Below, piece after piece: positions 11,827-24,100 of a DNA stretch of 44,651 nt. Each line of letters starts with the position of its first letter. Within the stretch, counting starts at the first letter, position 1. The stretch spans positions 54,920 to 99,570 of the forward strand of contig NIVC01000784.1 in NCBI GenBank assembly GCA_002269645.1. Direction: 5' to 3'. This DNA is from Macrostomum lignano (Eukaryota). Under the pieces are notes generated by a model that worked only from the letters and a program-made list of their open reading frames with translations, did no database searches and was not told the DNA's origin. The position numbers and the translations under genes are program-made.

Positions 11827-13413
11827 TAGCATTCTACCATAATTATGGCTACAGTTATGGGAAAGTTCGGGGTGACACTTTTTTAAACAAAATTTGGTTA
11901 CAGATTGTGGCTATGGAGATATTGCCAATTGGCGGCTATGGTTATGGATTACAGAGATTTGGAGCACCATATGTAATTTCCTGTAACAATATAAATTAAA
12001 TACAAATTCTCTTTTTTTGTAAAGAAAGTTATTTTTATTTAAATTTTTATATTCTTGGCTAGATAAATATGAGGGATGTCCCAAAAGTTCCCGGAATGTC
12101 TAAAGTAGCTCTTCAACAGAGCCATGAAATTTTACACCCATGGTTTCAAATGAAAGGAATTTTGTCACAAAAAACAAATTTAAAATCATGTTGATATATT
12201 TTTCTACTCAGGAGCTGCAGCAAGAAAGTGTGCAAAGGTCAGGGGTAATATTACACAACCTCACATATCAATGAAAAAATTTTTTATCTCTATTTTTGGA
12301 TATTTTTATTTTGAATTCGTGCTACTAATGTGTTAGAAAGACATGGTAGTGTCTATGGAAAAAAGCAGAAATTCTCATAAAGCTATTCTGAGCTTTTGCA
12401 TGTGCAAGTGCAGATAATTTGTAGCAAGCGCTTGCTTTCAACTTGAAATTTCTTTGTGAAAATAAGGTCTCCTCAGAGCCTTGAAAGTCAGCAAAGTCAA
12501 GTTTTTGCCCTTTGGTCAGTAGGATGGAGTGGAGCCTGACCACTTATTCTCTATCCATGGTGAAAACAACCTTAAAAAATTGCCATTTATGGATGGATCA
12601 AAGAGATGGCCAGTCTGCTATGAATGATCAGCCACGCTCTGGCTGTCCTTGCACATTGGGTGGTAAGACAGATTGAAACAGTTTTGCCCAGGCCATCAAT
12701 GGCATGCTTTCAAGGTGGCAGCAGTATGTCCAGCTGAATGGGGACTATGTGGAGAAGCCACAGGTTGAGCTTGACGATTCGCTTTGAATTTTGAATTGGT
12801 GCATGCCCTAAGGATTCATCAACGGTATGAACTGTTCTGTGTTTTTTTGTTTAAAATCATTGCCATAGATTTTTGAGATTTTGTAACACTACCCCTGACC
12901 TTTGCGCACGTTTCTTGCTGCAGCTCCTGAGTAGAAAAAGATATCAACATGATTTTAACTTTGTTTTCTTTGTGACAAAATTTCCCCTTTCATTTGACAC
13001 CATGAGTGTGAAATACTGAAATTTCATGGCTCCGTTGAAGAGCTACATTAGACATTCCGGGAACTTTTGGGACACCCCTAATAGATAAATTACTGGCTAT
13101 CTCATATTAAATGCATTTATATTTGTTGTACCAAACTAAATCTATTATATTAAAATCTCTATAGATGACTAAATTTGAAGTTTTTGCTTTAATGGCTTGA
13201 TCTCACTTTCACTTTAGCCTTACATTTTTGCTTTTCACTTTGGAAATTAGTAGTTTTTGTTAATTTTGTTAATTTTTAATATGGCTACAGAAAAATTTAG
13301 ATTACAGAGATTTGACTATCTAAAACATAACAAATTACGGCTATGGAGATGGCATGATAAAATTCGGTATAGCTACAGCTACAGAGATACAAAGGTGCAG
13401 TGGTAGAACACTA
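11827..13413. mobile_element. Possible non-autonomous DNA transposon (hAT-like ends) enclosing the mariner
   Basis: 14 bp imperfect TIR: TAGCATTCTACCAT at 11827-11840 vs the reverse complement of 13400-13413, TAGTGTTCTACCAC. Shared subterminal motifs GGCTACAG, GGCTATGGAGAT and GATTACAGAGATTT occur on both sides of the mariner. The TSD is not clean. Confidence 0.4.
12070..13081 (+). mobile_element. Internally deleted Tc1/mariner element with ~205-225 bp terminal inverted repeats
   Basis: 12070-12273 is the reverse complement of 12858-13081, with mariner-like ends (TGAGGGATGTCCCAAAAG / TTAGGGGTGTCCCAAAAG) flanked by TA. Internal transposase relics: GQSAMNDQPRSGCP (~12608-12649, the DxPRSGRP motif) and FAQAINGMLSRWQQYVQLNGDYVEK (12683-12757, mariner C-terminus). 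Confidence 0.88.
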
Positions 13414-14424
13414 ATAAAAGGCAACCAAATTATTTGCCAAAAAGGATTCTTTAGCCTTTAAGCCTACTAATACTAAAAAGGTAATTTATTATTGCAACTG
13501 GCAATGTAAAAAAGAAAAGGGTAGGTGTGCACTAAATTTTTTTGGCATGCATTTGTAACTATTCAATTTTTGTTTGGGCATGCACTAAGCATGATATAGA
13601 CTATGGCAATTAGTATGGATGTCTGACACTACCATGCATTGCAATAAGGCTTGGTATACCATTTTTTGTAATGCCACACTTAGAGAAATGGCAGCTGTGT
13701 CTATATCTATAATCTAAAAACTTATAAAAATGGCAGCCATGTCTCTAATATTAAACCTTATAAAGTCAGCAACTTTGTCTAAGACTAAGCCTATATAATA
13801 TAGAATGCATCTCATACTAAAGATAGCAGCCCTGTCTATAATACTTGCACAGTGCTAGCAGCAGTGTCATTAATATTGAATAGCAAATTTATTTCCATAA
13901 TTTAAAGTAATAGTAGCTACCATGTGTGCTTAACATTAAGGCCTATAGACATGGCAGTATTAGCAGATATGCCTATAAGCTCCAACATTATAGACATGGC
14001 CGCCATGTCTATAATTATTCCATTTTTTATAAAGTCTCATGGTGTACATATGCCTGAATTTTATATATATCATATATTATATGGTGCACATTGTGGGAAA
14101 TACACTTATTCTAGACCTAGATAAGGCTATGCCATATTTTTATTGTTTATAGACTTTGTTTATGTTTTTGATCTATATAAATTTGGGTATCAATGCTAGG
14201 GTAAGCTAGGGCTATAAGATTTAAGATTTACCATTGGTATTAGTGCATTTTGCCTAGTGTACCAGGTATATAATAAAAATATTTTGAGTAACTTCTAGCA
14301 TATATATTATATAATATGATCCTGACAATGGGGAATTGGGAGCTTTTATAAATGCAACCATGAATTGTGTTCTCTAGAATGCTTTTATGGCACTTAATAC
14401 ACATCAGCTTTATTAACCTTTGAC

Positions 14425-14578
14425 TATTCTCTCTCTTCTCATTTCTTCTTTTTCCTCTTCTCTCTTCTTTCTCTTTTTTCTTTCCCCTCTTTCATCCCTC
14501 TCCTTTCTTTTTACATTCTTTTGTCTTTCCCTTTCTCTTTTTTCCCTTTTTCCTTTCTCCCTTCTTTTTCCTTACTAT
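14425..14578. repeat. Polypyrimidine (CT) tract
   Basis: About 150 bp almost entirely C/T. Confidence 0.85.
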
Positions 14579-15298
14579 TTTTAATGTTCAAGTAGTAACT
14601 AGCCACTAAATCTCCTATTCTTACTAAGATTTTCTATGAGAACAATTGCCTCCTTTGCAATCTAGCCTTCTTTAATAGTGGCAAATGCCTGGTGGCTTCC
14701 CCATTGGCTTCATTCATCTTAACATTAGCCCACCACCTAACCACAATATGTATATGGCATTGAAACTCTGTATTGCTCAAGTCCTTAAATTTATGCAAAG
14801 ATTTAAGAGTTCTTCTTTGAAAATGAAAACATTTAGCTTAACTTTAGCCTTTACCACCCAACTACAAGATTGACATCATATTGAAAATCTATTTTACTTG
14901 AGTCCTAAATTTTAGGGAGTTCTTTTTGACTAAATACTAGCTAGCATTTTGACTTTTAATTCTCATATCATGAATTTGTAAGCTTATAAACCTAGAATCC
15001 TTAGCCTTAGACTCCCTTTAATTATGTTTATGCAATACTTAGCCAAAGAGCTTGGACTTGCTAGTCGAATACAAAAGGCTTACAATTGGCTTTAAGTTGA
15101 TTAACTTATGCACTGGTTAGATTAAGTTGAATGAGAAGTTTGAGAAAAAGGAGAATGAGAAGGAAATGTGTTAAATTTTCTTTAAGTAAATGACAGCAAT
15201 ATAGTGCTTAAGAATGCCCATTTTTCTTAGTTGTATAAAATTATATACAGTATGGTTAAGTTCGACTTTGCACTTTAAGTTATTAAACTTATTTGTAA

Positions 15299-17858
15299 AT
15301 GAGCACCAATCCTGCTACATTGCAGTATCACTATTCTCCAAGTAAGCCTCCAAACCATCAGGCCGCTGCCAATCCAGATGGCAGTGGTGGTGGCAATGGC
15401 GGCCATTTTGGTGCACCCCTGCTGGCTCAACCACCACGTCGAAGCCTGTGGTCCTCGCTTCGAGCTGAAGTCACATCAGCCTACGGTGGCCCGGACGATG
15501 ACGAGAAGCTGCGAGCGCATAGGCATCGGGTGTACACCTTTCTGACTATTCCTCTGGCGATGGAACGGTTCATCCAGTTTGGCTTGCTGGCTTGTTTAGA
15601 CACCTTGCTGCACCTGTGCACCCTGCTGCCATTGAGGTGCGCCTACGCTCTGTGGCGACTGTTCTATGGGCGTGCTCAGTGAGTTATTGCTGCAGATGCT
15701 GTGTACTAATTGGGATATGCGATTTTAAACAGTGGCGTTTCAGGAATGAGACTTTTGATTCCGGAATTGGGATCCTGGCTATTGAGATTCTAGCATTGGG
15801 ATCTGGGATTCTGGGAATTGGAATTCTGGGATTCTGGGAATTGGGATCTGGGATTCTGGGATTGGGATCTGGGATTCTGGGAATTGAGATCTGGGATTCT
15901 GGGAATTGGGATCTGGGATTCTGGGAATTGGGATCTGGGATTCTGGGTATTGAGATTCTAGCATTGGGATCTGGGATTCTGGGAATTAGGATCTGGGATT
16001 CTGGGATCTAGATCTGGGATTCTGGCTATTGAGATTCTAGCATTGGGATCTGGGATTCTGGGAATTAGGATCTGGGATTCTGGGATCTAGATCTGGGATT
16101 CTGGCTATTGAGATTCTAGCATTGGGATCTGGGATTCTGGGAATTAGGATCGGGGATTCTGGGATTTAGATCTGGGATTCTGGCTATTGAGATTCTAGCA
16201 TTGGGATCTGGGATTCTGGGAATTAGGATCTGGGATTCTGGGATTTAGATCTGGGATTCTGGCTATTGAGATTCTAGCATTGGGATCTGGGAATTGGGAT
16301 CTGGGATTCTGGGATTGGGATCTGGGATTCTGGGATTGAGTTCTGGGATTGAGATCTCGGATTCTGATATTGGGATTGTGGATTCTGTTATCGCGGATTG
16401 GTATTTAAAAAGTCATGTTTAGGATATTTAAAAATGGCTGAAAAACAGGGGTATTTTTAATATATCAGTAAATCCTTTCCAATTGTGAATTTCAGCTTGC
16501 TTCACTCTCAAAAGTCGGATCTCCTGCACGGCCTACTGCTAGTAGTCACCACGTGTTTAATTGTGCAGCTAACCGACTCGAGCGTGATTTATCATTTTAT
16601 TCGCAGCCAGTCTGTTATCAAGTTGTACATCTTTTTCAACATGCTAGAAATTGCGGACAGACTACTGTCAGCAGTCAGTCAGGACGTGCTCGACGGCCTG
16701 GCCTTCACCATTGCCAAACCATTGGAGTCTACGCTGCTTCTATTGCTTAACTGGGCTCTCAGCGTTGTCATGGTAACGCTGCACAGCTGTTTGATGCTAC
16801 TACAAGCTTTGACGCTAAATGTTGGCTTCAATTCTCACAATCGCACCTTGCTCACCATTATCATGTCGAATAATTTTGTCGAATTGAAAGGCAGTGTATT
16901 TAGAAAATTTGCGGAAGAGAACATGTTCCAGCTGGCTTGTGCAGATATCAGAGAGCGATTCCATTGTGCCGTGCTATTGCTAATTGTACTGCTGAGAAAT
17001 ATGCGAGCCGTTAATTGGGAATTGTCGCATTTTATTGACATCTGCCCGGACGCTCTGATAGTGCTCATCACCGAGCTCATTGTGGATTCGGTTAAGCACG
17101 CTTTTATTGCCAAATTCAACGAGATGCCAGCATCTGTTTATCGATCATTCTCGCTGCGAGTGGCTCTGGACCTGCGTAGGATGCGCTCGCATCGGCAGTA
17201 CCTGAGCCTCAACCGGCGTATGGGTCTGACGCCTATGCCGCTCTTTGTTTTAGTTGCTATGAGTCTTTATTTGGCATTGCCGGAGGGCGCCAAATTGGTT
17301 AATGGATTGTGCCTCACCGTGCTGGTGCTTCCTAGCCTGATAGTGCTCAAGCTCATTGTTGGTCGGTTCTTGCACTCTTTAGCCGATAAGATTATTTTGG
17401 CTGCTCAGTCTGATGAAGCTTCTGCCAACGCGGCCGCTTCAGCAGCCTCCGCCGCCGCAGCAACAGATGGCAAAGAATCCGCCAGCGTTGAATCCGCGAC
17501 AGCCGATTTCAATATCGACGATTATTACGGTTGTCTGCAGTTGCTACGCAGAAATTATCGCAGCTGCGGCGATCTGACCAGCAGTCAGAAGCCTGACGAT
17601 TTCAACGACTCCCCGGAATGGCCCGGTGGCGCTGCAGCTGCTCCTTCGATAGTTGAACCCGCTGCACCGACTTCGGTTGCTAATGACTCCGACATTGGCA
17701 ACGGCGACTCTGTCGCTTTCGGTCACGAACGTCGGCATAGCGACGTTGGCGAGACGCCTGAGTTGCGACATCGTCGAAGAAATGAAAGCTCATGTCGGCG
17801 TGACGACGAGCCATTGACTGTTGATCGGTATTCGATGTACTCCAACGCTATTGTGTGA
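15299..17858 (+). CDS. TAPT1: Transmembrane anterior posterior transformation protein 1 homolog; exons 15299-15678 and 16496-17858 (about 580 aa)
   Basis: A phase-2 intron (CA|GTGAGT ... TTTCAG|C) joins the two ORFs in frame. TAPT1/EMP65 family motifs: RVYTFLTIPLAMERF, IRSQSVIKLYIFFNMLEIADRL, NNFVELKGSVFRKF, ADIRERFH, VDSVKHAFIAKFNE, and C-terminal DRYSMYSNAIV. Confidence 0.94.
15765..16390. repeat. G-rich minisatellite (GGGATCT/GGGATTCT/GGGAATT units, ~51 bp higher-order unit) in the TAPT1 intron
   Basis: Directly visible tandem array. Confidence 0.95.
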
Positions 17859-17934
17859 TTTTCGGCCCACAAAATCGCATGCGCGCTTAATTGGGAAGTG
17901 GGCGTCTATTCGGTTACACAAAAGACACCATGCT

Positions 17935-18960
17935 GCTGCTAGGGTCACCAAATCGGTTGCTAGAGTCACCAAATTGGTCGCTAGGGACACCAAATCGGTT
18001 GCTAGGGTCACCAAATCGATTGCTAGGGTCACCAAATTGGTTGCTAGGGTCACCAAATTGGCTTCTAGGGTCACCAAATTGGTTGCTAGGGTCACCAAAT
18101 TGGCTTCTAGGGTCACCAAATTGGCTTCTAGGGTCACCAAATTGGTTGCTATGGTCAACGAATCGGTTGATATACGGTTGCTAAATCGGTCACCAAGAGG
18201 CATCAGTCATGTTGCTGTTGCTAAGGTCACTAATCGGTTGCTAGGGTTACCAAATCGGTTACCAAGAGACATCAATTATGTTGCTAAGGTCACTGAATCG
18301 GTTGCTAGGGTCACCAAATCGGTTTCTATGGTTAATAAATCAGTTACCAAGAGGCATCAGTCATGTTGCTGTTGCTAAGGTCACTAATCGGTTGCTAGGG
18401 TTACTAAATCGGTTACCAAGAGACAGCAATTATATTGCTAAGGTCACTAAATCGGTTGCTAGGGTCGTCAATCATGTTGTTAGGGTCGCCAATCAGGTTG
18501 CTACGGTTGCCAATCAGGTTGTTAGGGCCGGCTGGGCCGTAAAATCAGGTTAATGAGGTTGCCTATTGGGTTGCTAGGGTCGCCAATTAGGTTGCTAGGG
18601 CTGCAAAATCGGTTACCAAGGACACCAATTATGTTGCTAAGGTCACTGAATGGGACTGCTAGGGTCACCAAATCGGTTGCTAGGGTCACCAAATTGGTTG
18701 CTAGGGTCACCAAATCGGTTGCTAGGGTCACCAAATCGGTTGCTAGGGTCACCAAATCGGTTGCTAGGGTTACCAAATTGGTTTCTACGGTTACTAAATC
18801 GGTGACTAAGAGGCATCAGATATGTTGCTGTTGCTAAGGTCACTAATCGGTTGCTAGGATTACTAAATCGGTTTCCAAGAGAGCAATTATGTTGCTAAGG
18901 TCACTAATCGGTTGCTAGGGTCGTCAATCATGTTGTTAGGGTTGCCTATTCGGTTGCTAG
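17935..18960. repeat. 21 bp minisatellite GTTGCTAGGGTCACCAAATCG with a thrice-repeated ~100 bp block, downstream of the TAPT1 stop
   Basis: Directly visible. The block AAGAGGCATCAG..TGTTGCTGTTGCTAAGGTCACTAATCGG recurs near 18195, 18348 and 18808. AATAAA near 19071 suggests the array lies in the 3' UTR. Confidence 0.95.
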
Positions 18961-19974
18961 GTGCGCGAATCATGTTACTACTGTCGCCAAAAATGTTTGC
19001 TTCATGTAATTGTCGTATCATAATATTTTTCTGACAAACATCATTTTCTATGCAGCATCGCTCTGACATTAATAAAAGTGCAATAACCTGACTAACCTCC
19101 CCTTAAAAATGCTTCTAGATTTTATACAGAAGAATATAATTGACTTGATATGACTAATTGGTGACTTGCTTTATTTAAAAATCGATATTATTTTGTAGTT
19201 GTCTACACTCCTTTGTCAAGATTAACACATCTAATACGCAGTTAATTATAGACAAAACTCCAGTTATATTCTAAATAAAACAAAAAACATGGTTTGAAAA
19301 TTTTCATAACTAGCTCGTAATTGTCTCTTTTGTCGCTTTTGGTCAACATCGTCCGATGGCATTTTGTTTCTAAATTCTGTTTGCGATTTTCTTCAAATTC
19401 AAATGTTAGTGCTGTTAATTTTTCTATGAAAGTCTACTATAAGTAGCCTAGTGGGGTAGCATTCGGCTTTTCTGAACTTTTGGTAGGCTTAAATATAGCC
19501 CCTTAGTAACACAAGCCCAAAAGTTTCTTAGACATAGCTTCTGATCTTGTTCTTTTTAGTTGGTTTTGGATTTTTAGTTGCAGTTTTAGTTTAGTAGCAG
19601 ATGTTTGATACTTAAATGGTCAATTTGAAGACTTTTACTTGCCACATTCGCTTGTTCATACGTTAATCAAATTCAAATGCTATAAATATGTTTATTAATA
19701 AATACAAAAAACTACTTTATCAAATTTAGATTCTCAATCTATTGTTACAAACTATTTTTCTTGCTGTGATGACAACGGTAATATAAATTGTTGTAAGTGT
19801 ATTTTGGTGTTTTGACTTTGTGCCTGACATATTTTTTTAAATCCATTCTTAAAATTTAAAATCCCAAATTTTTGGGATTTCAGCTACATCAAAAACTCAA
19901 GAAAGTCCCATATTTATTTCCATAAAAAATCTTTGAACTCCAGATTTATCCCCATAAATTTCCCCAGCATCCCA

Positions 19975-20450
19975 TTTTTGGCTCTATTAACTCAAGCATA
20001 ATCATCGATGGATCTGACAATGAATCCCAGAATCCCAGATTTATCCCTATCAAAAATCCCAGAATCCCAGATTTATCCCTATCAGAAATCCCAGAATCCT
20101 TGATCTTTCCCCATCAAAAATACCAAAATTCCTGATCTTTTCTTGAAGTTTTAGAATCATAGATTCATTCCTATAAAAAATCCCAGATTTATCCCTATCA
20201 GAAATCCCAGATTTATCCCCATCAAAATCCCAGATTTATCCCTATCAAAAATCCCAGATTTATCCCTATCAATAATCCTAGATTTTTTCCTATCAAAAGT
20301 CCTATATTTATCCCTATCAAAAATCCCATATTTATCCCTATCAGAAATCCCAGATTCATTTCTATCAAAAACCCCAGATTTATCTTTATCAGAAATCCCA
20401 TATTTATCCCTGTCAAAAATCCTATATTTATCCCCATAAAAAATCCCGAA
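19975..20450. repeat. ~24 bp minisatellite AAATCCCAGATTTATCCCTATCAA upstream of MIOS
   Basis: Directly visible tandem array, with a degenerate extension back to about 19860. Confidence 0.9.
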
Positions 20451-20554
20451 TTTAAGGTACAAGTTATAAATGCAGAGTACATACTACTTTATTCAGATGA
20501 CTCAGCAGTAGTAAGGAAGTCACCGCTCTTCAAAAAGATCGAATCACGTACAGA

Positions 20555-21017
20555 ATGAACTGCGAGCTGCAGTGGTCTCCGTGTCGGGAGGACCGCTTCC
20601 TACTGTTGCTAGGCAACGAGCTGCGGTTCTACAACGCTGACGCGGCTCTGCAATCTCGACCGGGCGAGGCCATCAGACCGCCTGAACTCTTTGCCGTGCC
20701 ATTCTGCGATGAGCACCTGCCTTTGCGGACCGTTGCCTGGCAACCGGCTAGCGACTATGGCAACTCCGAGCTGCTGGCTATTGGACTGTCGACTGGAAAG
20801 GTCTGGACTGGGATTCGGTGTGAGAGGGATTCTGGACTGTTTGGATTTATATGGGGATAATTTTTGGGCTGAAATGCGGGATCCTCCGGCATTCAAGTTT
20901 GAAATTAGATGGGATTTTTGGGATCATTTGGGATTTCATTTGGCGCAATCATTTGGGATTTCTTGTGCTTCTGGGGATAAAAGATTAAGATTACTACTAC
21001 TACTACTACTATTACTA

Positions 21018-21055
<38 letters not shown>

Positions 21056-21081
21056 TTATTATTACTATACTACTACTACTG

Positions 21082-21147
<66 letters not shown>

Positions 21148-24100
21148 TTACACCCCTACCAACTTTCTCAGGTTCTCCTTCGTTCAACAATGGGCGAAGA
21201 TTCTCAAGGCCTGCACAACCGGCTGCTGACGTCATCTCGTCAGCAATTACCTTCAACAGCTGCTGGTATCTCCACCGCCAGCAGATCCAGCATCGCTGCA
21301 ATAAATAACTCGACTTTAAACAGTTTATCAATTTCTGTACAACAGCAACAGCAACAATTGCATATTCAGCAGCAACAGCAGCAGCAGCAGCAATCGCTGC
21401 AACAACAGCAGCAGCAGCAGCAACAGTCTCAGCACGCTGCAATAGCCGGCAATTTTCGGTCGCCGCTGTTTCTACGCTGGAATCCTAGGCGTCGAGGTCT
21501 GTTAGCCTGGGGCATCGACAGAAGTGGCGGCGGCGGAGGAGGCGGCGGCAAGTTGAGTAGGACGGAGACAGTCTTGCTTGTTTGGGATGTCCACAGCCAG
21601 GGTTCCGCACAGTCGGTTAATTCCCGAAGACTGCGCTGGAGGCTACGGGAAACGAGTCTGTGGTGTCGTTCGATTGGGTTAGCGAGAAGAACTTTGTATG
21701 CGGCACGGCTAGCAAGCATTTGAGAATTTACGATTTGGATCAGTGCTCAGGTGAGACGATGGGACGCTAGAGAGATGACAGATGGGTGGCTGAATGGGTA
21801 GCTTAGATGACAGATGGGTGGCTGAATGGGTAGCTTAGATGACAGATGGGTGGCTGAATGGGTAGCTTAGATGACAGATGGGTAGCTTAGATGACAGATG
21901 GGTGGCTGAATGGGTAGCTTAGATGACAGATGGGTAGCTGAATGGGTAGCTAGATGACAGATGGGTAGCTTAGATGACAGATGGGTAGCTTAGATGACAG
22001 ATGGGTGGCTGAATGGGTAGCTTAGATGACAGATGGGTGGCTGAATGGGTAGCTTAGATGACAGATGGGTAGCTTAGATGACAGATGGGTGGCTGAATGG
22101 GTAGCTTAGATGACAGATGGGTAGCTGAATGGGTAGCTAGATGACAGATGGGTAGCTTAGATGACAGATGGGTAGGTTAGATGACAGATGGGTAGCTGAA
22201 TGGGTAGCTAGATGGCAGATGGGTAGCTGAATGGGTAGCTTAGATGACAGATGGGTAGCTGAATGGGTAGCTAGATGGCAGATGGGTAGCTGAATGGGTA
22301 GCTAGATGACAGATGGGTAGCTGATTGGGTAGCTAGATGAGTAGCTAGATGTCTATAAGTAGCAGATAGATGTTCTGCTGATAGATGCTAACGAGAACTC
22401 AATTCGATAATAAAAACTACCCATCCGGACCCCAGCCAACCAGCCCATCGGCGCATACGATCAGGAGTCTGGCCGGGTATCCGAAATCTATGGCGTCTGT
22501 CAGGACCCATTTCAGTCATGGAGACTGGCTACTTACGCTGATGTAGGGTGATAAATTTTGTGCTTCATATACTTGTATGAGTAGTCTAGGCCTAGAGCAA
22601 TCGGTATTATTCTATTTTTGGTGGTATTTTTAATTTCCAGAAATATGTCGCACTTTGGGATTCGCGTAGATTTGATAGGCCTACCTGCAGGTTTGAAGAA
22701 TCCAGACTGGTCCGTGGCATTAACTGGTGCCCATCTAGGTAAGTCTGAGTAGTATGTGTAATGCTGCATTTTTGCTGCTTAGATATCACAGATTGATTCT
22801 CATTATCGCAAGAAAGATCCCAGGTATCCTAACATCTTATTATCCCAGATTGTTTCCTCATTGTCAACTTAGGATCCCAGATTAATCCCGAAATCCCCAT
22901 TCTAACATCCAGAATCCCATCTAAATCTCCATATCCCATAATCCCATCAAAATCCCCAAATCTCAGAATCCCATTCAAATCCCCATATCCCATAATCCCA
23001 TCATAATCTCCCTGTCCCATAATCTCATCCAAATTCCTATATCCCATAATCCCATCATAATCTCCCTGTCCCATAATCTCATCCAAATTTGTATATCCCA
23101 TAATCCCATCCAAATCCCCATATTCCAGAATCCCATCAAAATCCCCAAATCTCAGAATCCCATCAAAATTCCCATACCCCATAATCCCATACAAATCCCC
23201 AAGTCCCATAATCTCATCTAAATTCGCATATCCCATAATCCCATCGAAATCTCCATGTGCCATAATCTCATCCAAATTCCCATATCCCATAATCCCATCA
23301 AAATCCCCATATCCCAGAATCCCATTCAAATCCTTATATCCCATAATCCCATCGAAATCTCCACGTACCATAATCATCCAAATTCCCATATCCCATAATC
23401 CCATCCGAATTCCCATATCCCATAATCCCATTCAAATCCCCAAGTCCTATAATCCCATACAAATCCCCATACCCCAGAATCCCATACAAATCCCCAAGTC
23501 CCATAATCCCAGAATCCCCATCAATTGATATCCCTTTCATTCCACAGGCCCGGCTGGCTGGCCGTGAGCCTCGCCAACAGTTCCTATCTGACCTTACACG
23601 ACCTGAGCCACCAGGACAGCCAAGGGCACCGCAGCCCGGACTACCTGGACGACCTGGCCATCGCCACCGATCGCAAAATTCGTTGCCATTTTGAGCAGTC
23701 GGCCCAGCCTCACCTGGCCGCATTCGATTGGCATCCGAAGCGCCAATTAGCGGCTTTCGCTTCCGAGAACGGCAAGCTGAAGGTGGGGCCAATTCGTGAA
23801 CGAGTCTCCGCCTGCCTGTCCGGAGCGGCCGGACTGGCATATTGGGACGGCGAGTCCGCCCTTCGTCTGCACTCGGCGCCATCGCCTCCGCCCAGCCTAG
23901 ATCCAATGGGGGCTCTGATGTGGCGCCGAGCTATAGTTGGCTACGATATTCAAGGACCGCCGACGGCTGCCGAGACTGTTGAAGACGAGGAATTGTTGCA
24001 GGCCTTTAATTTTATCAACGAATTGTGCCTGACCTCCACTGCCAGTGGTGGTGGCGGCGCTGGAGTGGGTGAGGCCCATACCGTGTATTAATCTTTTTTT

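Noticed and set aside
17790-18843. Multiple overlapping repetitive ORFs (LVTLATN, RVTKLVA, LLGSPNW)
   Set aside because: By-products of the 21 bp array.
15765-18960. Interstitial telomeric repeats
   Set aside because: Units are GGGATT and CTAGGG variants, not tandem TTAGGG.
19441-19475. TAGCCTAGTGG A-box-like motif
   Set aside because: No B-box or SINE body follows.
22829-23431. Minus-strand Gly-rich ORF (GDFDGIMGY)n, and similar ORFs at 7409-7849, 15592-16011, 20157-20482, 27340-28339 and 32274-32808
   Set aside because: All coincide with minisatellites and are open only because of unit periodicity.
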